Of a stretch of 64,000 nt of DNA, positions 1-9,195 are shown in pieces (the stretch's first letter is position 1; every line of letters starts with the position of its first letter). A program made the translations under genes and the position numbers. The notes under the pieces are model-generated. The model was given only the letters and a program-made list of their open reading frames with translations. It was not told the DNA's origin and did no database searches. The DNA comes from Candidatus Latescibacterota bacterium (lineage in GTDB: Bacteria; Krumholzibacteriota; Krumholzibacteriia; WVZY01): the NCBI GenBank assembly GCA_011772205.1, contig WVZY01000057.1:6190-70189 (forward strand), given 5' to 3'.

Positions 1-4
1 GTCG

Positions 5-1462
5 GTGCCCCTGTGGCTGAGGAAGAAGCTGTGGATCCCCCAGCTCATTCGAAAAGAGCTCGACTATGAGGGCGAAGTTCTAATGATCGAGCACCACATG
101 TCCCACGCGGCCAGTTCATTTCTCGTTTCCCCGTTTGAAGAGGCGGCGATCGTGACGGTCGATGGAGTTGGAGAGTGGGCCACAGCGACCATTGGAAAAG
201 GAGAAGGAAAAAAGATCACCCTCATCAAGGAGATCAAATTTCCCCATTCGCTCGGGCTTTTGTACAGCGCGTTCACGTACTACCTGGGCTTCAAAGTGAA
301 CAGTGCCGAGTACAAAGTCATGGGGCTGTCTCCATACGGAAAACCTGTCTACTACGATAAAGTGAGAGAACTGATCAGTTTCGAGAAAGACGGCAGTTTC
401 AAAATGAACATGAAATACTTCGCGTATGATTACGGTCTCACCATGACGAATTCGCGCTTCGAGAAACTTTTCGGACAGCCAAGGCGGGAGCCCGAGAGCC
501 GGCTGGATCAATTCCACAAGGATGTGGCGGCAAGCGTGCAGAAAGTCACCGAGGAAGTCGTCCTTGGGATGGCGAAATATGCCTACGAAAAGACAGGAAG
601 CAAGCATCTGTGTTTGGCGGGTGGCGTGGCGCTGAATTGCGTGGCGAACGGACTTGTGCTGCGAGAAGGTCCTTTCGAGGAACTATTCATCCAGCCGGCG
701 GCGGGTGACGCGGGCGGCGCCGTGGGTGTTGCCGCGTATATTTACTACTCGCTCCTAGGGAACGAACGACGCTACGACATGTGGAAGCACGCTTACCTGG
801 GGCCCGGATATTCGACGGAAGAGATCAAGAATTTTCTCGATTCACACGATATCCGGTACAAGGAGCTGTCCAAAGATGCTCTCCTCGAGAAGACAGCTCA
901 GGCAATCATCGACCAGAAGGTCATCGGCTGGTTCCAGGGGCGAATGGAATTCGGCCCCAGGGCTCTCGGCAATCGCTCGATCCTTGCCGATGCAAGAAAT
1001 CCGGCCAATAAAGACGTGGTCAATCTGAAGATCAAATTCCGGGAAAGCTTCCGGCCTTTTGCTCCCACTGTACTCGAAGAGAGGTGCGGCGAATATTTCG
1101 ATCTGGATGCGCCCAGCCCGTATATGCTCCTCGTTGCGCAAGTGAGGGAGGACAAGCGCGAGATCCCTTCGGTGACCCACGTGGATGGATCGGCCCGCAT
1201 CCAGACGGTGAGAAGGGAAGTGAATCCTTTATACTATGACCTGATAAGCAGGTTCGATGAAATGACGGGCTGCCCGGTCATCATCAATACATCGTTCAAC
1301 GTTCGTGGGGAGCCAATCGTGTGCACGCCCTACGACGCGTATCTTTGCTTCATGCGAACGAAGATGGATGTCCTCGTAATGGACCGATTCTACATGGAAA
1401 AGTCGGAGCAGGAACCTATGGAAGAGGATGTTGACTGGCGGGCTCATTTCGAACTCGATTGA
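5..1462 (+). CDS. Carbamoyltransferase, NodU/CmcH family (5' truncated by window edge)
   Basis: Motifs EHHMSHAAS, VDGVGE, SLGLLYS, EYKVMGL, LAGGVALNC, GRMEFGPRALGNRSIL, KFRESFRPFAP, VTHVDGSARIQTV, NTSFNVRGEPIV. Confidence 0.92.
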   Translation: MPLWLRKKLWIPQLIRKELDYEGEVLMIEHHMSHAASSFLVSPFEEAAIVTVDGVGEWATATIGKGEGKKITLIKEIKFPHSLGLLYSAFTYYLGFKVNSAEYKVMGLSPYGKPVYYDKVRELISFEKDGSFKMNMKYFAYDYGLTMTNSRFEKLFGQPRREPESRLDQFHKDVAASVQKVTEEVVLGMAKYAYEKTGSKHLCLAGGVALNCVANGLVLREGPFEELFIQPAAGDAGGAVGVAAYIYYSLLGNERRYDMWKHAYLGPGYSTEEIKNFLDSHDIRYKELSKDALLEKTAQAIIDQKVIGWFQGRMEFGPRALGNRSILADARNPANKDVVNLKIKFRESFRPFAPTVLEERCGEYFDLDAPSPYMLLVAQVREDKREIPSVTHVDGSARIQTVRREVNPLYYDLISRFDEMTGCPVIINTSFNVRGEPIVCTPYDAYLCFMRTKMDVLVMDRFYMEKSEQEPMEEDVDWRAHFELD

Positions 1463-1651
1463 TTCCGGAAGCTGCCTTTTCGTATGATATTTGCGGACGC
1501 GCGGGCGAAAAGCGAGCCGAACCGGAATCATTTGATTGTCGACCTGGCGGGTCTTATCATTTATCATGGAGAAGCGGTAGGGACGAGGTATTCTGCCAAA
1601 ATCCCCCTGCATGATCATTCATTGATTTTTTCCGTAAATAAGGAGAACCGA

Positions 1652-4078
1652 ATGGCCGCTCTTTCACGTTTAGAGTTGAAAGCAAACGATCTCCGCTGGA
1701 AATGCGATCCAGATAAGCTTGGTTTCGAGACGACGGACGAGCTGACGTGCTGCAGCGAAATCATCGGCCAGGATAGGGCGTTGAACGCCATCAAACTTGG
1801 ACTCGAAGTACGGAGCGAGGGTTATAACATCTTCGTTTCGGGCCTTACAGGGACGGGTAGGTCCACTACCATTCAGCGGCTTCTCCGCGGTATGGATCAT
1901 GGGGATAAAGAGCTTCTTGATATCTGCTATGTGTACAACTTTCAGACACCTGACATTCCGATCTGCATCTGCCCCCCTGCGGGGACAGGCGCGAAGCTGA
2001 AGAAAAACTTGAAAGAGGTCCTTCGCACCCTCAGGACGCACATTCCGAAGGCGTTGCAGAGCGATCCATACAAGGAGAGGCAAAAAGCGATTCTGGAAGA
2101 TGTGAAGAAGCGCCGGGCAGAGTTTGCAGTAGAGTTCGATAAGGCCATAGAGGAAAAAGGCTTCCAGGTTGTTGAAGTGCAATACGGTCCTTTTACGAGA
2201 CCCGAAATCCTTCCCGTGGTTGATGGGACTCCGACCGGTATGGATAAGGTCGCCGCGCTCGTCGATGAAGGGAAGATGTCGAAGGAAGATTTCGAAAAAC
2301 TCCGGGAAGATCACAGCGAGCTCGTTGAGAAAATGGAAGCGTTTCTTGCAAGTACACGCGAGCTGGAAAAGGAATATGCCGAAAGGATCTCTGAGCTTGA
2401 AAAAGAATGTGTTGTTCCTATAGCAAGAATAACGATAGATGAGGCCAAAGGGAACTATCAGGAAGAGAGGATTCTCAATTTCCTGGAAAACATGAGGGAA
2501 TACTTAGTAGACAACATCGATATTTTCAAGACGTCGGAAGATCAGGACGAATCCGACAAGGGTGAAGAAGAAGGTTTCATCGCATTCGAGGTAAATGTAG
2601 TTGTCGATAATGCTCGTACAACAGACGTTCCGGTGATAACGGAAACGACACCGAGCTATGCGAACGTATTTGGGACGATAGAACGGATCAGTGATGCGAG
2701 AGGTGAGTACAGGACGGATTTCACCAAAATTCGGGCCGGTTCGCTGCTGCGGGCAAACGGTGGGTTTCTGGTGCTCAACCTCAATGACCTCCTTTACGAA
2801 CCGGCCGTTTGGCCTGCGTTGAAGCGTGCATTGAAGAACCAGCAGGTCACCATCCAAGGATTCGATGCCTTCTTCATGCTGGCCATCAGCGCTCTGAAAC
2901 CTGAGCCGATAAACATCGATGTCAAAGTTGTTTTGATCGGTGACGCATATTCTTACCAGATTCTTTATAACTACGATGAGGAGTTCAGGAAAATCTTCAA
3001 AGTAAAAGCCGATTTCGATAACGTGATGGAAAATGAAGCAGGAAACTTGGCAAAATACACACAGTTCATAAAGTATATCTGCGACGAGGAAAAGCTTCTG
3101 CCTTTTCATAAGACCGGAGCTGCGGCCCTCGTTGAAGAGGGAGTAAAAATTGCGGGCAGGCAGGACAAACTGTCCACCAGATTCAGTGATATTGCCGATG
3201 TGATCCGGGAAGCGAGCTACTGGGCTGAAAAGGATAATTCGAAAGTCGTCGAAGATCATCATGTGGAAAAAGCGATCGATGAGCGGACGAATAGAGTCAA
3301 TCTCATCGAGGATAAGATACAGGAGATGATCGAAGACGGTACCATTCTACTGGACATCGACGGCGAAAAGATCGGACAAGTGAACGGCCTGTCCGTGTAC
3401 GATCTTGGCGACCATTCCTTTGGAAAACCCGCACGTATCACCGCCGAAGCCGCCATTGGGCGAGCGGGAATTATTAATATCGAGCGGGAAGCAGATCTCA
3501 GCGGAAGGACGCATAACAAGGGAGTGCTGATCATAGAGGGGTACCTGAGGAGAAAGTATGCACAGGACAAACCTCTGACAATGAGCGCGAGCATTTGTTT
3601 CGAACAGTCTTACAGCGGGATAGATGGTGACAGCGCCTCGTCGACGGAGATATACGCGCTTCTCTCCAGCTTGTCCGAAATCCCACTGAGACAGGATCTC
3701 GCCGTTACGGGCTCTGTGAATCAAAAGGGAGAGATACAGCCAATTGGAGGAGTGAATCAAAAAATAGAAGGGTTCTTCGAGGTCTGCAAGGCAAAAGGAT
3801 TGACAGGAAAGCAGGGAGTCATCATACCAAGCCTCAACAAACGGGATCTGATGCTCCGAAAAGATGTTATTAAAGCGATTGAATCAGGAAAGTTTCACAT
3901 CTACGCGATCGACACGATCGATCAGGGTGTCGAGCTTCTTAGCGGCAGGAAAGCCGGCAAGAAACTTTCGAACGGGAAATTCGAAAAGGACAGCGTCAAC
4001 GCGCTGGTCGATGAAAAGCTCAAAAACTATGCGGATCAGATTCGCGAATTCTATGAATCCGAGGAAGAAAAGGGGTAG
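1652..4078 (+). CDS. Lon-like protease, LonC/AAA_32 type
   Basis: IIGQDRAL; Walker-A-like GLTGTGRST; GSLLRANGGFL; C-terminal Lon protease domain with DGDSASS (Ser) and GGVNQKIEGF (Lys). Start moved to ATG 1652, which follows the SD AAGGAG. Confidence 0.9.
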   Translation: MAALSRLELKANDLRWKCDPDKLGFETTDELTCCSEIIGQDRALNAIKLGLEVRSEGYNIFVSGLTGTGRSTTIQRLLRGMDHGDKELLDICYVYNFQTPDIPICICPPAGTGAKLKKNLKEVLRTLRTHIPKALQSDPYKERQKAILEDVKKRRAEFAVEFDKAIEEKGFQVVEVQYGPFTRPEILPVVDGTPTGMDKVAALVDEGKMSKEDFEKLREDHSELVEKMEAFLASTRELEKEYAERISELEKECVVPIARITIDEAKGNYQEERILNFLENMREYLVDNIDIFKTSEDQDESDKGEEEGFIAFEVNVVVDNARTTDVPVITETTPSYANVFGTIERISDARGEYRTDFTKIRAGSLLRANGGFLVLNLNDLLYEPAVWPALKRALKNQQVTIQGFDAFFMLAISALKPEPINIDVKVVLIGDAYSYQILYNYDEEFRKIFKVKADFDNVMENEAGNLAKYTQFIKYICDEEKLLPFHKTGAAALVEEGVKIAGRQDKLSTRFSDIADVIREASYWAEKDNSKVVEDHHVEKAIDERTNRVNLIEDKIQEMIEDGTILLDIDGEKIGQVNGLSVYDLGDHSFGKPARITAEAAIGRAGIINIEREADLSGRTHNKGVLIIEGYLRRKYAQDKPLTMSASICFEQSYSGIDGDSASSTEIYALLSSLSEIPLRQDLAVTGSVNQKGEIQPIGGVNQKIEGFFEVCKAKGLTGKQGVIIPSLNKRDLMLRKDVIKAIESGKFHIYAIDTIDQGVELLSGRKAGKKLSNGKFEKDSVNALVDEKLKNYADQIREFYESEEEKG

Positions 4079-4084
4079 TCTTGG

Positions 4085-5071
4085 ATGTTGACGCCGGACT
4101 CTCCCGAATCCCTGATAAAGAAGACGGCATACGAAATCGGTTTCTCCCTCGTCGGCATAACTGACCTCTCACCTTGCCCTGAATCCGATAGTGCATTCGA
4201 AAATTGGCTGGAGGCGGGTAATCACGGGGAGATGCATTACCTCGAGCGATGGAAAGAAAAACATTGCAATCCCTCACTTCTTCTCGAGGATGCAAAATCT
4301 GCCGTCTGTGTCGCTTTGAACTACTACACGAAAGCGTTAGCACGAAATTTGGCCCTCGATGGCAGTGATGGAAGGGGTATCTTTTCGATCTATGCTCACG
4401 GCCGGGATTATCACGACGTCATGGGAGAGATGCTCTCGGCCCTTTCGATGAAGCTTGCAGAGCTTTTCCCGGGGTGGCGGTCGGTTGCATGTGCGGACAC
4501 GAAGCCCGTATCCGACAGGGCGTTTGCGATTCGATCCGGTATCGCCTGGCTGGGAAAGAACACGAACGTCATCTCTCCAAAGTATGGTTCTTGGATCTTT
4601 CTGGGAGAGCTGATCACGAATCTCGAAATGACGCCGGATGCACCGCTAGAGAGCCTTTGTAGTGACTGCACGCTTTGCATCGATGCCTGTCCCGCAGGCG
4701 CTCTTGGACAGGAATATAGTATGGATGCCCGGAAGTGCATATCCTATCTCACCATCGAAAAGCGCGGGGAAATACCGAAAGACTTTCACGGTGCGATCGG
4801 TCTCAATGTTTTCGGTTGTGATGAATGCCAGCGCGTTTGTCCGTATAACGCTGTGGCAGTGGAATCGATTTTATTTTCGAGCGAGGAACGAAACCGGATG
4901 ATCGACATGGAGCTTCAACAACTTGCAGAAATAGGGGACAAGGATTTCAAAAAACTGGCCGTTGGAAGCGTGATAAGCAGGTGCGGAACGGAGGGTCTGA
5001 GAAGAAATGCGGCGATCGCGCTAGCCAATATTGCATCTGGACGTTTTACCTCAAAGGGAAAAAAACGGTAA
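4085..5071 (+). CDS. queG: tRNA epoxyqueuosine(34) reductase
   Basis: GNHGEMHYL, YAHGRDYHDV, GKNT, GSWIFLGELIT, CSDCTLCIDACP, CISYLTIE, FGCDECQRVCPYN, RRNA. Confidence 0.92.
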   Translation: MLTPDSPESLIKKTAYEIGFSLVGITDLSPCPESDSAFENWLEAGNHGEMHYLERWKEKHCNPSLLLEDAKSAVCVALNYYTKALARNLALDGSDGRGIFSIYAHGRDYHDVMGEMLSALSMKLAELFPGWRSVACADTKPVSDRAFAIRSGIAWLGKNTNVISPKYGSWIFLGELITNLEMTPDAPLESLCSDCTLCIDACPAGALGQEYSMDARKCISYLTIEKRGEIPKDFHGAIGLNVFGCDECQRVCPYNAVAVESILFSSEERNRMIDMELQQLAEIGDKDFKKLAVGSVISRCGTEGLRRNAAIALANIASGRFTSKGKKR

Positions 5072-6488
5072 AAGTCGTTCCTTCCCCCTCTTTGCTCTTG
5101 CAGTAGATCTGCCCGCCACAGCTCGACAGTATCTTTTGAGAAACAGTCAGTCCCAATCCCTTCCCCTTCACCCCGACGTCTGGAGAATTGGACGCCTGCT
5201 GGAATGGCTCGGTCAATAGCGGAATCTCAGAGGCCGGTATGCCGATTCCCCCATCCGTAACTTTGAATACGACATAAAGTTGCCGGATTTCTGGTGGCTG
5301 AATATCTGATTTTCTCGGACCTATTTTCGGGGTGTCGGAGGGCTCTACCATCAATTCGAGATCGGTCATTTTGTTGTATTCGGCAACGCGCGCTTCGAAT
5401 TGCTCGTTCCAGTCCGGCAGCCAGATCCCATCGATATCGCTAACGGGCGCGCGGGGTTTTTCTTCGAATTCCAATACGACTGAAGCGGATTCGTTCGAGA
5501 ACTTTATCGCATTATCGATCAAATTATTGATGACTTTACGAAATTTAGCAGGCGTCAGCTTCAACTGAGGTAGCACATTGTTTGGGATTTCTATGGTTTC
5601 GATGGATATTTTCCTCTCGGCTGCTATGAGGGTATAGGTTGAGACGACCTCATGAACAATGCTCAAAGGGTTCCAGTCGGTGAGGGGCATGCTCATGTCG
5701 TCAAAATAGGCTTCATTCAAGTCCAGAAGAGAGGTAATGAGATTTTCCAGGCGCGCGACGGATTCGGTGACCCATTTGGCAACTTCACTCTTATCGTCTT
5801 GTAATTCGAGAGCGGAAAGTCCGCTCTTTATTACAGTGAGAGGCGTTCGGAATTCGTGAGTGATCCGGCTCATGATGTCGGTTCTAACGTCGTTCAATTT
5901 TTGGAGCTCTGTCAAAGAAAGCTTGGCATTGAGGAACAGCCTGGCGTGATTGAATGTCATCGCTGAAACAGCGCAGAATGAGTGGAGGAGCGTCGCATCG
6001 GATTCGGAGTAGGACTGAGATGATATCTTTTTCCCAAGAAAAACTATCCCCAGCAGCCTTCCCTTGATATAGAGAGGTGATAAAATTGCAAAGCTATCCA
6101 ATAGTGGTTTGATATTGTTTTCTGCAAGGATGTCTTTTGGCAGATTCGACAGAGCGATTGGGAAGGGGGTTGCATTCAAATATGAAACAAAGGGGGAGGC
6201 TAAGCCAATCACAGGGAAGTTCTTCAAATCAACCTTCCCAAAGCTCACTGCAGGTTCGAGAACGCCGATATCCTCTTTGGCGGAGTAATAGCAGCTTTCG
6301 CCCGAAAGAAACTGTCCCATAATGGTCAACAAAAATTCTCTCTGGAGTGTTTCGAGATCCAATGAACTCCCGTACTTGTTCAAGAGAGATATGAGAGAAT
6401 CGGTCAGGAGTCGCTGTTTCTGGTACTTATTCTTCCATAGTGCCACTTGGGTTCGCGAGCTAGATTCTTTTGTGCTGGTCTTGCTCAT
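5046..6488 (-). CDS. Cytoplasmic sensor histidine kinase (GAF-like + HisKA + HATPase_c)
   Basis: H-box ITHEFRTPL, N-box NLIDNAIKF, G1 VTDGGIGI, F-box EPFQQ, G2 GKGLGL, GEGTTFTVFFP. GAF-like segment LLGIVFLGKK..YSESD..LL. No TM helix seen. Confidence 0.9.
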   Translation of the reverse strand: MSKTSTKESSSRTQVALWKNKYQKQRLLTDSLISLLNKYGSSLDLETLQREFLLTIMGQFLSGESCYYSAKEDIGVLEPAVSFGKVDLKNFPVIGLASPFVSYLNATPFPIALSNLPKDILAENNIKPLLDSFAILSPLYIKGRLLGIVFLGKKISSQSYSESDATLLHSFCAVSAMTFNHARLFLNAKLSLTELQKLNDVRTDIMSRITHEFRTPLTVIKSGLSALELQDDKSEVAKWVTESVARLENLITSLLDLNEAYFDDMSMPLTDWNPLSIVHEVVSTYTLIAAERKISIETIEIPNNVLPQLKLTPAKFRKVINNLIDNAIKFSNESASVVLEFEEKPRAPVSDIDGIWLPDWNEQFEARVAEYNKMTDLELMVEPSDTPKIGPRKSDIQPPEIRQLYVVFKVTDGGIGIPASEIPLLTEPFQQASNSPDVGVKGKGLGLTVSQKILSSCGGQIYCKSKEGEGTTFTVFFPLR

Positions 6489-6512
6489 CTTGATTCTGAT
6501 TTCTAAATCGCG

Positions 6513-7640
6513 TTACACCTTGATCGTGTTTTTCAGCTCTTCGATGCTTCCAACGATCACGAAATAATCGCTGATGTTGAGAATTTCGAAGATGTCGCTA
6601 ATCTCTGAAGGAATTTTCATAAATATGAGATCTCCACCCCGCTGCCTCAGAGATGAGACAGTGCCCAGCAATATTCCTATTCCGGCACTGCTTATGAATG
6701 AAACTTCCGAAAAATCAATGATTATAAACTTCGTTTCGCTGTTGAGAAGGTTCGTTAAGTATTCCTCAACATTCTGTGTAGAGACCGAATCGATACTACC
6801 GATCAATTTGACGATTGTGGCGCCCTCAATATCGCAGGACTCCGATTTAATCGAAAACGTGTTCATACGAATCCTCCTTTGTTTCTCGTGTTGCTCGTGA
6901 GCTCCGCTCTCTTTTTTTGCGACTTTGAAAGATGTGACGTTCCAAGATCCGAGACGTTTGTATTCCGTATCAACACTCAGTTGGTTCATTATAAACAGGC
7001 CAAGGCCTCTAGTTTCTCTTTCTTTGATTTTATCGCTTATGTTCACATGTAACTCGGTTTTGGTAAGAAATACATCTGCATTATCTCTATAGCGGACAGT
7101 GACATAAGCATCGTTTGCTGTTATAGAGAGGACTATTGAAGGTTGATCTGTTTGGAATGTTCCATGCTCGACCGTGTTTATAGCGAGTTCGTAAATGCAC
7201 AACTGAAGTCGTGATAGAGTGCTGTCATCAAGTTCCAGGGCTCGCCCAATGAGGGTTACGGCCAAATTTATTTCGGCAAGGGCTGCGCTGAGGTCCAAAA
7301 AGCTCAAGCAATATTCAATATTATTCGATCTGTCGGATTCTCCAGCTGCCACATTCCGGTATTCGAATCGTGTCGATTTTGACATTTTGAGCTTGTTGCC
7401 ACTTTTACTGGCTTCACTGACATCCTTTGATCCAGTTTGTTTTGAAATTGTCTTGATTGCTTCTTGCGATCGTTTCGATAACGTCTCAGAGTAAAGTATG
7501 TCTATATTGTTTATGCCGATATCCTGGCATATTTTTATGTATCTGGTGAGGCGCTTGGTTGAACGCCGGTCGATCTCGCCATTGATACGGATTGCTATAG
7601 AACCGTCTGTGAAGTTGATATCCTCAATGATCATCAGCAA
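6513..7640 (-). CDS. Fused anti-sigma kinase (RsbW-like HATPase) / anti-anti-sigma (STAS) protein
   Basis: Central ELAINTVEHG ... RGLGLFIM (HATPase_c_2). C-terminal STAS with IIIDFSEVSFISSAGIGILL. N-terminus weakly STAS-like (IRINGEID). Confidence 0.82.
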   Translation of the reverse strand: MLMIIEDINFTDGSIAIRINGEIDRRSTKRLTRYIKICQDIGINNIDILYSETLSKRSQEAIKTISKQTGSKDVSEASKSGNKLKMSKSTRFEYRNVAAGESDRSNNIEYCLSFLDLSAALAEINLAVTLIGRALELDDSTLSRLQLCIYELAINTVEHGTFQTDQPSIVLSITANDAYVTVRYRDNADVFLTKTELHVNISDKIKERETRGLGLFIMNQLSVDTEYKRLGSWNVTSFKVAKKESGAHEQHEKQRRIRMNTFSIKSESCDIEGATIVKLIGSIDSVSTQNVEEYLTNLLNSETKFIIIDFSEVSFISSAGIGILLGTVSSLRQRGGDLIFMKIPSEISDIFEILNISDYFVIVGSIEELKNTIKV

Positions 7641-7644
7641 GGAG

Positions 7645-9195
7645 CTAAACCTCCATACTTATACGCCTTGACGGCATTTTCATCTCAGCGCTCAAAGCGA
7701 GTAGCGTAATATCGTCTGTTTGAGGGGAGGATTTTCTGAAATTCGCCTCTGCTTCCACTAGCTTTGATACCAGCGCTTTTGCCCCATCTCGAGCGTAGTA
7801 TTTGCAGATTCTAAGAATGCGTTCAAATGTGAATTGCGCGCCTGTTTCATTTTTCGATTCGTTGAGTCCGTCAGTATACCCCAGTATAAGATCCCCCGGC
7901 TTCAGGTAGGCGCGATACTGGGTAAGTTGCCTTTCGAAAGTGGCATCGGCCAATATTCCCAACGGCAGACCTTTCATTTTCACGAGGCGGCACGTGCCGA
8001 TTGAATGCTCATATATCAACAGGGGATTGTGGCCTGCATTCGAACAAGCCAGTTCTGAGTTGCTCTCATCGAAAATTGCAAATAGAAGCGTAACAAACAT
8101 GTTTTGCTTGGTCGTATTCACAAGGGATTCGTTCAATCTTTGTATAACCTCTGTTGGGGCAAGTCCTTTCAATGCGAATTCCTGCACCATGATCTTTACC
8201 ATCGCCATGACAACTAGCCCGGGAACGCCTTTTCCTGAGACATCTGCCATCACCAAAGCGGTCCTGTCATCGTCTATCGGAATCACATCCATGTAGTCGC
8301 CACCCACTTCGTAAGCGGATTGGTAATAATGGCCTATCTCGAAACCACTGGGTTCGCGGATTTTTTTGGGAAGCAACGTGCTTTGGATCTCCCTGGCGAT
8401 CTCGAGCTCTCTTTCCATACGCTCTTTGATGACGAGTTCACGCTGCGCCGCTGCTATCTTGGATGCCATTTCGTTGAAAGATGAAGCTAGCATGCGCAGC
8501 TCATTCTTGGCTTTTATATGTATTTCAGCCTCGAGATTCCCTTCTCCAAATTCGCGAACGCCTCGCATCAAGATATCGAGAGGACGCGAAATGCGTTGGA
8601 AGAGCAGCAGTGAAAAAACAATGCCCAGTAGCAAAGCTGCTAGAGCACAAATCAAGGTGATCGTAATAGCCCGGGTAATGGAATAGTGGAACTCTTCTTT
8701 CGAATATAAGAGATGCACCTTTCCAACAGGTATGTCGAGACTTTTGACAGGCGTCGTAAAGAAATAGTATTGATCATTCTGATACAGTTTATCACCCGGC
8801 CCAAGATGCACCGATCGCACAGGTTGAAATCCTTTTATCTTAAGGCGGTGAGGTGTTCCGATGTTTTGAAGAGTGTTGTCGCCTTGGATGATGCCATTCG
8901 CATCTGTTATTACAACGGAGACGATATCGGAACTTCTATTTGTTAATTGGCTGAGCAATGGGTAAAGCTCGAATTCGGGATCGGGTCTTAGCAATGCTTT
9001 AGTACTGGAGAGAGCGATGTTTTTCCCCTGAAGCACCACAGACCTCTCGATTTCATTTTTCAATATCTTTTTTTCGTGGATAATCAGCAAATAGCTGATC
9101 GAAGCTACTGTAATACCCAAAAGGAATATCGTCCCAAAACACATTTGAGTCTTGAGAGATCGGAAATGGCTTATGCCGAGAGACGGCCTACTCAT
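7645..9195 (-). CDS. Membrane HAMP + SpoIIE/PP2C (RsbU-like) phosphatase
   Basis: Two TM helices flanking a periplasmic domain; HAMP (ISRPL..GNL..NEL..LA.SFNEM); PP2C motifs GGDYMD, ADVSGKG, NAGHNP, YTDGLNE, DDITLL. ATG 9195 overlaps the upstream stop; the track start 9210 is an alternative. Confidence 0.92.
   Translation of the reverse strand: MSRPSLGISHFRSLKTQMCFGTIFLLGITVASISYLLIIHEKKILKNEIERSVVLQGKNIALSSTKALLRPDPEFELYPLLSQLTNRSSDIVSVVITDANGIIQGDNTLQNIGTPHRLKIKGFQPVRSVHLGPGDKLYQNDQYYFFTTPVKSLDIPVGKVHLLYSKEEFHYSITRAITITLICALAALLLGIVFSLLLFQRISRPLDILMRGVREFGEGNLEAEIHIKAKNELRMLASSFNEMASKIAAAQRELVIKERMERELEIAREIQSTLLPKKIREPSGFEIGHYYQSAYEVGGDYMDVIPIDDDRTALVMADVSGKGVPGLVVMAMVKIMVQEFALKGLAPTEVIQRLNESLVNTTKQNMFVTLLFAIFDESNSELACSNAGHNPLLIYEHSIGTCRLVKMKGLPLGILADATFERQLTQYRAYLKPGDLILGYTDGLNESKNETGAQFTFERILRICKYYARDGAKALVSKLVEAEANFRKSSPQTDDITLLALSAEMKMPSRRISMEV

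Noticed and set aside
1484-1651. N-terminal extension of the Lon ORF (similarly 11204-11323, 25541-25651, 58350-58397)
   Set aside because: Downstream starts have better SDs or overlaps and fit the family N-termini
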